A DNA stretch of 64,000 nucleotides from assembly GCA_030632085.1 (NCBI GenBank), contig DAOVJY010000004.1:16000-79999 (forward strand). The letters are read 5' to 3'. Below are positions 10,169-20,072 of this stretch, one piece after another; within the stretch, counting starts at the first letter, position 1; every line of letters starts with the position of its first letter. The position numbers and the translations under genes were made by a program. The notes beneath the pieces are model-generated. The model saw nothing but the letters and a program-made list of their open reading frames with translations, did not search any database and was not told the DNA's origin. This DNA comes from Candidatus Omnitrophota bacterium (GTDB lineage Bacteria > Omnitrophota > Gorgyraeia > JAGLLT01).

Positions 10169-10214
10169 TACTCCTAGAAACAAAAGAAGTTATAAAAAAT
10201 AAAGGGGGCAAGAT

Positions 10215-10487
10215 ATGACCAAAAAGGACATAGTATTAAAAATTGCCAACGAAACCAAAATTAAGCAAATTGATGTCAAGAAGGTTGTTCAAAAAACACT
10301 TGAATGCATAATAGAAAACCTTCAAGAAGGCAAAAAGGTTGAATTAAGAAATTTTGGAGTTTTTAAAATTAAACAGCGCCGAGGCAGAACCGGCAGAAAT
10401 CCCAGAACAGGTGAAGTGGTTCCCGTGCCTCCAAAAAAAGTTGTGGTTTTTAAACCTGGTTTGGTAATGAAAAAAAAGATAAAATAG
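10215..10487 (+). CDS. hup: HU/IHF-family DNA-binding protein
   Basis: 90 aa; RNFGVFKIKQRRGRTGRNPRTGEVVPVP arm motif. Confidence 0.9.
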   Translation: MTKKDIVLKIANETKIKQIDVKKVVQKTLECIIENLQEGKKVELRNFGVFKIKQRRGRTGRNPRTGEVVPVPPKKVVVFKPGLVMKKKIK

Positions 10488-10598
10488 TCTTTTGTCTTCC
10501 TTGAATATATCTTTTAGAGATAAAGTGATTTTAATATTAACGTTAAAGTTTAATAAACTACAGCCCGCAAGCTTTTTGGGGCTATTTATTTATACCAT

Positions 10599-11870
10599 AT
10601 GAAAATTCAATCCCTTAAAGGAACTAACGATATTCTTCCCTCGGAAATCAAGAAATGGCGGCTTCTCGAAAACACCTGCCGCACGCTCTTTGAGCTCTAC
10701 GGTTATGAAGAAATCCGCACTCCCATAATTGAAAAAGCGGAGTTATTTAAAAGAAGTGTGGGTGAAACCACTGACATAGTCCAGAAAGAGATGTATGTCT
10801 TTGAAGATAAAGCCAAACGGAGCATATGCCTCAGGCCGGAAGAAACAGCTTCAATAGTTAGAGCTTATATTCAACACGGCCTAGTAAATAAAACAGGCCT
10901 GGCTAAACTATATTACCTGGGCCCTATGTTTAGAAGCGAAAGGCCTCAAGCGGGTAGATACAGACAGTTTATTCAATTTGGCGTAGAAGCAATAGGATCT
11001 TATAGTCCGCACCTTGACGCGGAAATCATTGCTCTCATGGACGAATTTGTAACTAAAATCGGCTTAAAAGAGTATGAAATCTTAATAAATTCATTAGGCT
11101 GCAAAAACGATCGTGATATTTATAAAAAAAAGTTGTCAGAATCAAGCCTGAAAGAAAAAAATATTCTTGATAAATTATGCCCCGATTGCAAAGGGCGCGT
11201 TAAATCCAATCCTCTAAGAATACTTGATTGCAAGAATCCGGAATGCCGCAAATTAATAAAAACTTTGCCCACACCCAAGGATTGCCTCTGTCATGACTGT
11301 CAAGAGCACTTCAATAGAGTTAAAACGCTCTTAGATAGCCTTAAAATCAATTATACAGAGGACCCGTTGCTGGTAAGAGGCCTGGACTACTACACCAAAA
11401 CAACCTTTGAGTTAATACATAACGGCCTGGGTGCCCAAAATACCATCCTTGCCGGGGGACGATATGATAATTTAATTTCTTCCTTTGGGGGGCAAGAAAC
11501 CGGCGCTTGCGGTTTCGCGGGAGGCATGGAGCGTTTACTTTTGGCCTGCGAGGCTGAAAAATTAGATCTGCCGCTTAAAAACTCAATTTCGGCATATATT
11601 GTAACCCTAGATGAGTCATTTTATGAATACGGTTTTGATATCCTGCATGAATTAAGAAAAAATGGCGTTAAAGCTCACATTTCTTATGAAGCTAAATCCC
11701 TAAAAGCTCAAATGCGCCAAGCGAATAAGTTCAAATCGCGTTTTGCTATTATAATAGGTGAAGATGAGGTAAAAAATAACAAATATACAATAAAAGACAT
11801 GCAGGAACACAAACAAGAAGTAGTTGATAAAAAAAAATTATTAAATAAGATCCTAAAATTAAATGCCTAA
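10599..11870 (+). CDS. hisS: Histidyl-tRNA synthetase
   Basis: Class II motifs (LKGTNDILP, MFRSERPQAGRYRQF, GGGRYD), anticodon-binding C-terminus. Confidence 0.95.
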   Translation: MKIQSLKGTNDILPSEIKKWRLLENTCRTLFELYGYEEIRTPIIEKAELFKRSVGETTDIVQKEMYVFEDKAKRSICLRPEETASIVRAYIQHGLVNKTGLAKLYYLGPMFRSERPQAGRYRQFIQFGVEAIGSYSPHLDAEIIALMDEFVTKIGLKEYEILINSLGCKNDRDIYKKKLSESSLKEKNILDKLCPDCKGRVKSNPLRILDCKNPECRKLIKTLPTPKDCLCHDCQEHFNRVKTLLDSLKINYTEDPLLVRGLDYYTKTTFELIHNGLGAQNTILAGGRYDNLISSFGGQETGACGFAGGMERLLLACEAEKLDLPLKNSISAYIVTLDESFYEYGFDILHELRKNGVKAHISYEAKSLKAQMRQANKFKSRFAIIIGEDEVKNNKYTIKDMQEHKQEVVDKKKLLNKILKLNA

Positions 11871-13026
11871 TAGATTAGATATAGAAAAAAGAGAAATGCG
11901 TTACCTTGCTCCTTACGCGGTAAAGAGCTCACAAAGCCGCGGGCGTGAATTTAAAGAGAGTGAGCATGAATATCGCGGATGCTTTCAAAGGGATAAAGAT
12001 CGCATAACATATTCTACAGCTTTCAGGCGCCTTCAGTATAAAACCCAGGTTTTCATAAACTACGAAGGGGATCACTATAGAACACGCTTGACTCACACTT
12101 TAGAAGTTACTCAAATAGCCAGAGCTTTAGCCAGAAATCTAGGTTTAAACGAAGATTTAGTTGAAGCTATCGCTCTTGCTCATGATATCGGCCACGCACC
12201 CTTTGGGCATGCGGGAGAATCCGCTTTAAATGAAATTATGAAGCAATTTGGCGGTTTTGAACATAATCGGCACGCCTTAAGGATTGTTGAATATTATGAA
12301 GAAAAATATCCTGATTTTAAAGGTTTAAATTTAACCTGGGAGGTTAGGGAAGGCATAATTAAACATTCTTCAACTTACGACAAGCCCAAAAATAAAAGCT
12401 TTAACTCAGCCCAAAGGTCCTCACTGGAAGGCCAGGTTGTTAATTTAGCTGATGAAATTGCCTATAACAACCATGACCTGGATGACGGCATAAGTTCGGG
12501 CTTGATTTCTCACGAAAGCCTTGATACAATTGATCTCTGGAATAGAATTAAAAATGAAATTTTAAAAAAATATCCTCAGGCTGAAAAAAGAACCGCAAGG
12601 TCTCTAATAATTAATAATATGATTAATATTTATGTTAACGACTTAACTAACGAAACAAAAAAAAATATTATGAACTACAACATTGATTCAGTTGATAAAG
12701 CGAGAAAATTCAAAAAAAATATTGTTTCCTTCAGCCCTGAATTTGAAAAACAAAAAAAGCAGGTGAGTAAGTTCTTATACAAAAACCTCTATATGCATCC
12801 GCATGTAATCAGGATGTCAGATAAATGTACGCGTTTTTTAAAAGACCTTTTTAACAGTTACCTCAAGAAACCTCAGCTGATGCCAAAAATACGCCTTAAA
12901 TATATCCAGGCCAAGAGTACAAAAAAACATAAATATGAAGTTATCTGCGATTACATTGCCGGTATGACTGATAGATTCGCGCTTGAAGAGTACAAGAAAT
13001 TATTTGACCCTAACGAAAAAGTATAA
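11863..13026 (+). CDS. dgt: dGTP triphosphohydrolase-like HD-domain protein
   Basis: YSTAFRRLQYKTQVF, HYRTRLTHTLEV, HDIGHAPFGH HD motif. Confidence 0.85.
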   Translation: MPNRLDIEKREMRYLAPYAVKSSQSRGREFKESEHEYRGCFQRDKDRITYSTAFRRLQYKTQVFINYEGDHYRTRLTHTLEVTQIARALARNLGLNEDLVEAIALAHDIGHAPFGHAGESALNEIMKQFGGFEHNRHALRIVEYYEEKYPDFKGLNLTWEVREGIIKHSSTYDKPKNKSFNSAQRSSLEGQVVNLADEIAYNNHDLDDGISSGLISHESLDTIDLWNRIKNEILKKYPQAEKRTARSLIINNMINIYVNDLTNETKKNIMNYNIDSVDKARKFKKNIVSFSPEFEKQKKQVSKFLYKNLYMHPHVIRMSDKCTRFLKDLFNSYLKKPQLMPKIRLKYIQAKSTKKHKYEVICDYIAGMTDRFALEEYKKLFDPNEKV

Positions 13027-13043
13027 ATGGTAAAACTACGCAT

Positions 13044-14516
13044 ATGAAAAAAAATAGTTGGGAATTATTTCACAGGCTCCTTGATGACGAAGAGTATAAA
13101 AGGTTTAAACGTATATACTCCCAAAGCTTTGGTAAAAAATCAAAGTGGCATGAGTTAGACGCTATACCCGAATCAATCTCATGCATGACTGAAAAAATAG
13201 CGTCTAGCCAAACAAAAACATCTAAGAAGCTTATATCTGAATGCCTATCCACCCTGGAAAATGTCAGAAAGTCAAAAAAAGTTCAGTATACAAAAATTAA
13301 CGGGAATACTTTCATCATAATAACTCCATTTCTTTCGGAAAACTCTATCTTCGGATATGTTATTATAACTAATATTGTTAAAAGCCCCTCCCCGAATCAA
13401 TTAAAAATTTTTACCGCTTATCTCAACACTATTATGTTAAAAATCCAAGACGATATCGAATTAGCTCGTTTATATGAGACCATTCAACCCAGAACAGCCG
13501 CCTTATCAACTATTCACACTATTCATAGGCTTATAAGCAGCACTCTCAGCGAAAAAAAGCTTTTACCCAGGTTAGCAAGATTGACGCTGCAAGTAATGAG
13601 GGTCAAAAAATGCACTATCTATTTATGCGATAAAAATAAAAAGAAAATGCGGGTTGCCGTATCGGTAACTCCTAAAGGCCTGATAACCGATAAGAGAAAA
13701 GTAGCTTTTGGGGAAGATACAGTTGGGCGCGCGGCTAAAAGTGCTACTCCGGTACTTACGGAAAATACTCTGGCGATGCCCTTAATAGAAGAAGATGTTT
13801 TAGGAGTCATAGAAGTAACTGACAAAATTAACAAAAGGCCATTTACTTATTTTGATCAGGAAATTTTGACCACCTTTTCAGAACAAGCTGTTATAGCTCT
13901 AAAAAATGCTTATCTAAATAAGCAGAAGGAAAATATCGCGAAGGGAAGCATAAAATCATTTATAGAATTTTCCGGAATAAAGAAACAACCTCATATTCCT
14001 GAAGCGCAATATAAAAAGCTGGTTACAGGCATAGCTAAAAATTTGATGGTCCCTTGTAAAGATATAAATACACTTAAATACGCCATCAAACTTAAGGACG
14101 TAAGCAAAATAAGCATTCCTGATAAAATCCTTCATAAAAACTCTCGTCTCACCAGAGAAGAACTTATAACCATGAAGCAACATCCTTCAAAAAGTGCCGC
14201 TATGCTAAAACCAATTAAGGCATTAGATTCGGTAATACCGTTAATCAAGCACCAGAGAGAAAAATATGACGGCAGCGGCTATCCTAAAGGCCTTAAAGGA
14301 AATCAAATTCCTATTGGCTCCAGAATACTTGCTGTAATTGATGCCTTTGAAGCCATGACAACCGACAGGCCTTACCGCAAGGCAAAAAGCACAAAAGATG
14401 CTGTTGAAGAAATTAACAAGCACAGCGGCACTCAGTTTGACCCAAAAGTTGTTAAGGCGTTTAATAAAATTATTAAAAAAGAAATTAAATTAAAAGAAAA
14501 TATTAGTAAACGTTAA
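13044..14516 (+). CDS. GAF-domain / HD-GYP-domain protein (putative c-di-GMP phosphodiesterase)
   Basis: Central GAF-like region; C-terminal HD-GYP signature HQREKYDGSGYPKGL..ILAVIDAFEAMTTDRPYRKA. Confidence 0.8.
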   Translation: MKKNSWELFHRLLDDEEYKRFKRIYSQSFGKKSKWHELDAIPESISCMTEKIASSQTKTSKKLISECLSTLENVRKSKKVQYTKINGNTFIIITPFLSENSIFGYVIITNIVKSPSPNQLKIFTAYLNTIMLKIQDDIELARLYETIQPRTAALSTIHTIHRLISSTLSEKKLLPRLARLTLQVMRVKKCTIYLCDKNKKKMRVAVSVTPKGLITDKRKVAFGEDTVGRAAKSATPVLTENTLAMPLIEEDVLGVIEVTDKINKRPFTYFDQEILTTFSEQAVIALKNAYLNKQKENIAKGSIKSFIEFSGIKKQPHIPEAQYKKLVTGIAKNLMVPCKDINTLKYAIKLKDVSKISIPDKILHKNSRLTREELITMKQHPSKSAAMLKPIKALDSVIPLIKHQREKYDGSGYPKGLKGNQIPIGSRILAVIDAFEAMTTDRPYRKAKSTKDAVEEINKHSGTQFDPKVVKAFNKIIKKEIKLKENISKR

Positions 14517-14523
14517 GCGGCAT

Positions 14524-15165
14524 ATGAAAAAATTAACCCTTGCGATATTCTTATTTATTGTTATAACAATCATTTTTATGCTAAGCCCGTATGCCTCAGG
14601 AGCATATAAAGCAATCTGCAAGCAACAGCTGCAGGCAAGATTTGACATTCAGGCGAACTTTGAAACTTTTCAGGTTCAACTCTTTAAAGAAATTAATTGC
14701 GGCAAGATTATATTAAATAAAGGTGACAATCAAATCAAGGCGGAAGAAGTCATTATTAAAATAATTGACTTAAAACCCCTTAGCAACTACTTTGAAATTA
14801 GATTAGATTCGAAGAAACTTGAAATAGCTGATATTAACGGAAAGATGCTTCCATTAGTAGATATCATATCCAAACAAACAGACGGCGACATATTAAAATC
14901 AGCTAAACTTAACTATGTAAGTTTTAACTTAATAAAAGATAAAAAGAATGTCAAAATATACGATATCAAAGCAGTGGGGGATAAACTAAAAGTCCACGGT
15001 GCCGTAGATATAATAAAAGATAGGGCTATTTGCAATCTGACTTTATATATACCAGCGGAAAAAACAAAAAATATGCCTAAGTTTTCTAAAATACTTCTCG
15101 GCATGGAACAAGAAGGCGATTGGTCAATCTTCAGATTAAGAAATGTTCCATTTAGGATAAAATAA
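14524..15165 (+). CDS. Hypothetical membrane-anchored/secreted protein
   Basis: N-terminal hydrophobic segment; no recognisable motifs. Confidence 0.5.
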   Translation: MKKLTLAIFLFIVITIIFMLSPYASGAYKAICKQQLQARFDIQANFETFQVQLFKEINCGKIILNKGDNQIKAEEVIIKIIDLKPLSNYFEIRLDSKKLEIADINGKMLPLVDIISKQTDGDILKSAKLNYVSFNLIKDKKNVKIYDIKAVGDKLKVHGAVDIIKDRAICNLTLYIPAEKTKNMPKFSKILLGMEQEGDWSIFRLRNVPFRIK

Positions 15166-15175
15166 ATAATACATA

Positions 15176-15793
15176 ATGAATGCCTATAATGAATACCAAT
15201 CAGAACTGTTTGATGAATTTTCGAAGTCTTCTAAGCAAGGGCGCTTCAAAAGGCCAGCCGAGAAACAAAAGCAAGTAACTTTGACTATCTCCAGAGAAAA
15301 ATTGATATTTTTAATAATATTTGTTATACTACTTTATATTATATTTTTCTCGCTTGGTATTGAACGCGGTAAAAAAATAGCACTTATTTCCATAAAGCAA
15401 AATAGTTATTCTACAAAAGCGGTAACTAAAACGAGCAGCGCGGACACGCAAAGTCAGCAGCCGCCTGCAAAAGAACAAAAAGCGGGTCTTTCCGAAGATA
15501 AAACCGGTAACTTAGAAGTTGCAACGCGAGTAATAGAGACAAAAAAGGCAATTCCGGAGTTAAAAGAATTTTATTCTATCCAGGCCGTGGCCTATTCCAA
15601 TATTTCCAGAGCGGAAAAAGAAGCCCGGAAGGTTAGATCGCGAGGCAATGAAGCTATAATTGATTCAAGCGGTAAATATCATCTTCTTTTAATAGGCAAA
15701 TTTAAAAATAAAAAAGATGCTGTTGCTCTAAGAAAAAAACTCACAAGTACCTATAAGGGTTGTTACGTAAGAAAATACAAAATTGAAAATTAA
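15176..15793 (+). CDS. SPOR-domain membrane protein (peptidoglycan-binding)
   Basis: Single TM helix; C-terminal SPOR-like fold (FYSIQAVAYSNISRAEKEARKVRSRG...YHLLLIGKFKNKKDAVALRKKL). Confidence 0.7.
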   Translation: MNAYNEYQSELFDEFSKSSKQGRFKRPAEKQKQVTLTISREKLIFLIIFVILLYIIFFSLGIERGKKIALISIKQNSYSTKAVTKTSSADTQSQQPPAKEQKAGLSEDKTGNLEVATRVIETKKAIPELKEFYSIQAVAYSNISRAEKEARKVRSRGNEAIIDSSGKYHLLLIGKFKNKKDAVALRKKLTSTYKGCYVRKYKIEN

Positions 15794-15861
15794 GAAAGAC
15801 ATCCTGCAGTGAGAAAGCAGCAAAAAATGGGGTCATATGATAATTTTAAGATGCACCTTTA

Positions 15862-16060
15862 TGGGGCACAAGCAAGAAACAATAACCAAATAATAACCAA
15901 TGACCAAATTCAAATAACCAAACAAGAATAGCGGCGGTTTGATGATTGATTAGTGAATATTGATAATTGTTTATCTGTGCACGAAAAGTATATTTTGTAT
16001 CTTGATTATTGGTTATTGGTGTTTGTTTGTATCTTGTTTCTTGGTTATTGGTGATTATTA
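15862..16060. repeat. Imperfect long inverted repeat built of about 11-bp-phased AATAACCAA units; contains 40-mer identical to 35611-35650
   Basis: GGGGCACAAGCAAGAAACAATAACCAAATAATAACCAATGACCAAATTCAAATAACCAAACAAGAATA .. about 65 nt .. TATCTTGATTATTGGTTATTGGTG..CTTGTTTCTTGGTTATTGGTG (reverse-complement-like arm). Confidence 0.75.
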
Positions 16061-16096
16061 TTTAATATGTCTAAAGAATTACACAAGGAGGAAATC

Positions 16097-16327
16097 ATGT
16101 CACAACATCGAAGCTTAAGATCGGCGGCAAAAGACAAAAAAATCAGAAGTGTTCATAACAGATTTGAACGCATTAAAGAACTGCAGGAAAAAGGTAAATG
16201 GGATGATAAAAAATCTGTTTTTGGCCTGCCTAAAGTTAAAGTAGAAAAAATAAAAGCTAAAAAGGGTAAGGTTAAATCAGCTGAAGAGGCCAAAGAAGGT
16301 ACAGAAGAAGCAAAAAAGGAATCGTAG
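16097..16327 (+). CDS. Small basic lysine-rich protein, hypothetical
   Basis: Strong SD AAGGAGG 7 nt before ATG at 16097 (the ORF-track start 16067 has no RBS); MSQHRSLRSAAKDKKIRSVHNRFERIKELQ.. Confidence 0.55.
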   Translation: MSQHRSLRSAAKDKKIRSVHNRFERIKELQEKGKWDDKKSVFGLPKVKVEKIKAKKGKVKSAEEAKEGTEEAKKES

Positions 16328-16338
16328 GCGGATAATTA

Positions 16339-17343
16339 ATGAGCACGAAAAAATTACCACTCTTGTTGCTGGGTTTGTCCATTATTAGTTTAGTTGTTTT
16401 TATTGCAAGTGGTGAAGTTAGCTGCAAAGACGGATTTCCCTTTAGAGGTAAAATAAACGCTGAGAATGTTAAACTCCGCGCGGGTTACAATGAGAATTTT
16501 ACCGCTTTAAAAAATCTAAAAAAAGGTGAGGATATTATTGTCTTAGATAAATATTTTTGCTGGTATAAAGTGAAATTGCCTAATGATGTTTATTGCTATG
16601 TATCTAAAACCTATATTAATGATGAAGGTTTCGTTACAGCTAATCAATTAAACGCAAGAGCGGGATCCGGAGAAAAGTATCACATACTGGGCAAACTTAA
16701 AAAGGGTGAGCAGGTTTTCATTGTTTCCAGAGAAGGTGATTGGTATAAGATTAGTCCCCCCAGGGGAGCAAGCGGTTGGGTATATGAAGACTACATGGAT
16801 AAAATATCTGAAATTAAAAGCGGTGATACAATCAAACAACCAATTGGCCTCATAAATGATGTTTTTAGAGATAATAATATTAATTCTAAAGAAATTATTG
16901 CTTACGGCAAATTGCCCAAAATTGAAACCGGGAAATTGGAAAATTATACTACAAAGGAATTAAAAACTATTATCTTCGCTTACAATAATTTCTCTAAGAC
17001 ATATACTGAATCCAAATACGGGAAAGAGTTGGAACATAAACTTGATTTTTTAAATCTAGAACTAAAAAATAGACAAGAACAAACTGCTTCTTCAGCTCAT
17101 AGTCAAAATCAAATTAGTGACAAGTTCAATACCATCGGAACCTTAAGAGATTTGGGCCGTGTTTATGGCACCGATGCTACTCACAAGCTAAAAATTAAAG
17201 CTAAAACAAAATACTATCTAAAAAGCTCAAATATCAATTTAGATGATTACATTTATAAAGAGGTGAAAATTGAGGGCATAATTGAGGATGATTATTCTAA
17301 ATATCCTCTTATTAACGTCAGGCAAATAGAGGTAATTAATTAA
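16339..17343 (+). CDS. Secreted/membrane-anchored protein with tandem bacterial SH3 (SH3b) domains
   Basis: Signal/TM; two SH3b-like segments (VKLRAGYNENFTALKNLKKGEDIIV..WYKV; LNARAGSGEKYHILGKLKKGEQVFIV..WYKI). Confidence 0.6.
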   Translation: MSTKKLPLLLLGLSIISLVVFIASGEVSCKDGFPFRGKINAENVKLRAGYNENFTALKNLKKGEDIIVLDKYFCWYKVKLPNDVYCYVSKTYINDEGFVTANQLNARAGSGEKYHILGKLKKGEQVFIVSREGDWYKISPPRGASGWVYEDYMDKISEIKSGDTIKQPIGLINDVFRDNNINSKEIIAYGKLPKIETGKLENYTTKELKTIIFAYNNFSKTYTESKYGKELEHKLDFLNLELKNRQEQTASSAHSQNQISDKFNTIGTLRDLGRVYGTDATHKLKIKAKTKYYLKSSNINLDDYIYKEVKIEGIIEDDYSKYPLINVRQIEVIN

Positions 17344-17816
17344 TGCCAAACATATTAGTGGCCTATTATTCTCGCGGCGGCAATACAAAAAAAATGGCTG
17401 AAGAAATAAAAGAGGGTATTGAGCAAGAAAATGTCTCGTGCGTCATAAAACCTATCGCTGAAGTAAAAATTGAAAAGCTTCTTAGTTATGACGGTATTGT
17501 TATAGGATCACCGACCTACTACGGAGACATGGCGGCTGAAGTCAAAAAACTCTTAGATGAAAGCGTAAAATTGCACGGACAGTTAGAAAGTAAGGTAGGG
17601 GCCGCTTTTACTTCTTCTAAAAATATCGGCGGTGGAAACGAAACAACTATTCTTGCCATATTAAAAGCTATGCTCGTCCACGGCATGATTATTCAGGGTA
17701 ATTCTTCAGGAGATCATTACGGACCCGTCTCAATCGGTTCACCGGATGAGAGAGCTCAAAAACAGTCCTTTCAATTAGGAAAACGCGTTGCTCAATTAGT
17801 CAAAAGGCTATCTTAA
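17343..17816 (+). CDS. Flavodoxin-like fold NAD(P)H-dependent FMN reductase/WrbA-like protein
   Basis: ILVAYYSRGGNTKKMAE, GSPTYYGDMAAEVKKLLD. Confidence 0.8.
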   Translation: MPNILVAYYSRGGNTKKMAEEIKEGIEQENVSCVIKPIAEVKIEKLLSYDGIVIGSPTYYGDMAAEVKKLLDESVKLHGQLESKVGAAFTSSKNIGGGNETTILAILKAMLVHGMIIQGNSSGDHYGPVSIGSPDERAQKQSFQLGKRVAQLVKRLS

Positions 17817-17822
17817 GAGAAA

Positions 17823-18482
17823 ATGCTATTCTTAATCCTACATAAATTTTTTCTAGTTTTATCATTTATTATAGCGATCGCAATTCATGAATATAGTCAT
17901 GGATGGATGGCTTTGCGCCTAGGTGACGATACGGCTCTTGAGTCAGGCAGGTTAAGCTTGAATCCGCTTGTCTATATCGACCCCGTAGGCACAATCCTCC
18001 TACCGCTAGTCTTACTAGCCGTTGGCTTCATACCTCTTGGGTGGGCCAAAGCGGTCCCCATAAACCCTTACAATTTCAACAACCAAAAAAAAGATGTTGC
18101 CATGGTGAGCTTCTCGGGGCCCGCGGCAAACTTTATTTTAGCTACAATAGCAGCTCTACTGCTTAGATTGGGGGGCATTGTTCCCTCAAAAATAATTCTA
18201 TTAAACGCTACTCAAGAAATATTAAACCCCTTCATAAATTTCTTATTTTATATAGTATTGGTAAATTTATTTTTAGGGATTTTTAACCTGATACCCATCC
18301 CTCCCTTAGATGGTTCTAAAATTCTCTCAGCCTATTTACCCCGCAACATAAACTGGAAATATAAAAAAATAGCTCCCTACGGTATCTTAATCATCTTTAC
18401 ATTATTGTGTTTTAATATAATAGGAAAGCTTATTAGCAGCTTAGTATATATTATTATCAGAATATACAGCATAGGCGGATAA
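17823..18482 (+). CDS. Site-2 protease family (M50) membrane metalloprotease
   Basis: HEYSHG HExxH in TM helix, polytopic; LDGSKI motif. Confidence 0.7.
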   Translation: MLFLILHKFFLVLSFIIAIAIHEYSHGWMALRLGDDTALESGRLSLNPLVYIDPVGTILLPLVLLAVGFIPLGWAKAVPINPYNFNNQKKDVAMVSFSGPAANFILATIAALLLRLGGIVPSKIILLNATQEILNPFINFLFYIVLVNLFLGIFNLIPIPPLDGSKILSAYLPRNINWKYKKIAPYGILIIFTLLCFNIIGKLISSLVYIIIRIYSIGG

Positions 18483-18519
18483 TAAAACCGGATGAATCAT
18501 CATAACTTTAAGTTACATC

Positions 18520-18547
18520 TTGACTTAACATAAGGTTATGTTATACT
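18520..18547 (+). promoter_or_regulatory. Putative sigma-70 promoter (-35 TTGACT, 16 bp, -10 TATACT) for aroB; transcript would be nearly leaderless
   Basis: TTGACT 18520-18525, TATACT 18542-18547; aroB ATG at 18554 with no SD. Confidence 0.4.
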
Positions 18548-18553
18548 AAAAAC

Positions 18554-19660
18554 ATGAAAAAAGTAGCACGGATTTCCGTAAATTTAAAGGAACGTAGTTA
18601 TGATATTTTCATAGGTTTTAATCAGCTTCGCTCCTTAGGCAACTTCATAAAAAAACTAGATTTAGGAAATCACGCCGTAATAATAACCAACCCTAAAATT
18701 AAAAAACTATATCAATCTAAAATAACTCCCGGGCTCAAAAAAAATAATAATCAAACAACATATATTGAAATCCCCGATTCTGAAAAATCAAAATCTTTAA
18801 ACTGTTTAAAATCGGCTATTGGAAAAATTGTTAAAATTGACATAAAAACAAGGCTTTTCATAATTGCCTTGGGTGGTGGAGTCGTCGGTGATCTGGGCGG
18901 TTTTATTGCCGCGGTTTATAAAAGAGGTATTCCTTACATACAAATACCCACCAGTTTATTAGCTCAAGTAGACTCCAGTATCGGCGGAAAGGTTGCCGTT
19001 GATTTACCGCAGGGCAAAAATCTCTTAGGCGCTTTCTATCAACCAAAGATGGTCTTTTGCGACAGTTCTTTTCTTCAAACCTTAAATTTAAGGCAGTTGA
19101 AAACCGGACTGGCGGAAGTTATCAAATACGGCATAATAGCTGATAAACAACTGTTCGAATTCTTGGAAAATAATTATCACAAAGTTTTTAAATTAGAAAA
19201 AGACGCCCTAAATTACATCATTAATCAGTCAGCAGCCATTAAAGCCAGAGTAGTTTCTGAAGATGAGAGGGAGACAAAGGGCATTAGAACAATATTAAAT
19301 TATGGCCATACCATAGGCCATGCCATTGAAGCCGCCTGTGGATACGAAGCTGATTATACACATGGTGAAGCTATCAGTATCGGCATGGTCTGCGCCGCGG
19401 AAATAGCCCACCACCTCAACCTTTGCTCACTTAAAACACTAGGACGCATTGAAAGTATGATCTCGATCGCGGGATTGCCTATCCATATAAAAAATGTCCC
19501 ACTCGCGAAAATAATGAAAACATATCTGCATGATAAAAAATTCATACGCGGTAAAAATAGATTCGTGCTTCCGACTAACATCGGAAAAGTGGAAGTACAT
19601 GAAAACATCCCTGAAAACCTGATTAAAAAAGTTGTCTCCGAAAGAATAAAAAACAAATGA
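18554..19660 (+). CDS. aroB: 3-dehydroquinate synthase
   Basis: GGGVVGDLGGFIAAVYKRGIPYIQIPTSLLAQVDSSIGGKVAVD, metal-binding HxxxH blocks. Confidence 0.92.
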   Translation: MKKVARISVNLKERSYDIFIGFNQLRSLGNFIKKLDLGNHAVIITNPKIKKLYQSKITPGLKKNNNQTTYIEIPDSEKSKSLNCLKSAIGKIVKIDIKTRLFIIALGGGVVGDLGGFIAAVYKRGIPYIQIPTSLLAQVDSSIGGKVAVDLPQGKNLLGAFYQPKMVFCDSSFLQTLNLRQLKTGLAEVIKYGIIADKQLFEFLENNYHKVFKLEKDALNYIINQSAAIKARVVSEDERETKGIRTILNYGHTIGHAIEAACGYEADYTHGEAISIGMVCAAEIAHHLNLCSLKTLGRIESMISIAGLPIHIKNVPLAKIMKTYLHDKKFIRGKNRFVLPTNIGKVEVHENIPENLIKKVVSERIKNK

Positions 19661-20049
19661 TACATGAAATATCTCTCAAAACCAAAAATCAGACCGAACT
19701 CATAGACATAACCGGTAAAATTAACTCTTTAATAACTAAATCTACAATTGAAGAAGGTGCTTGTTTAGTTTTTGTCCCGCATACTACGGCCGGCATTACC
19801 ATTAACGAAAACGCGGACGCCGACGTTAAATCTGATATTATAAAGGAATTAAATACAGTTATACCGTTTGACGATGATTACAAACACGCTGAGGGCAATT
19901 CAGCCGCTCACATAAAGTCAGTGCTCTGCGGCGTCAATTTAAATATGATAATTAAAGACTCTAAACTTGTATTAGGCACATGGCAAGGCGTATACTTTTG
20001 TGAGTTTGACGGACCTAGATTACGAAAAATAATTGTTAGAATAAGTTGA
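19657..20049 (+). CDS. YjbQ/UPF0047 family protein (secondary thiamine-phosphate synthase-like)
   Basis: 130 aa; CLVFVPHTTAGITINENADADV..HIKSVLCG..WQGVYFCEFDGPRLR. Confidence 0.85.
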   Translation: MIHEISLKTKNQTELIDITGKINSLITKSTIEEGACLVFVPHTTAGITINENADADVKSDIIKELNTVIPFDDDYKHAEGNSAAHIKSVLCGVNLNMIIKDSKLVLGTWQGVYFCEFDGPRLRKIIVRIS

Positions 20050-20072
20050 TTTAACCGGGAAAGGTAAGTTAA

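Noticed and set aside
16067-16096. Upstream ATG start for the small basic protein
   Set aside because: It has no Shine-Dalgarno, whereas the ATG at 16097 is preceded by AAGGAGG at ideal spacing.
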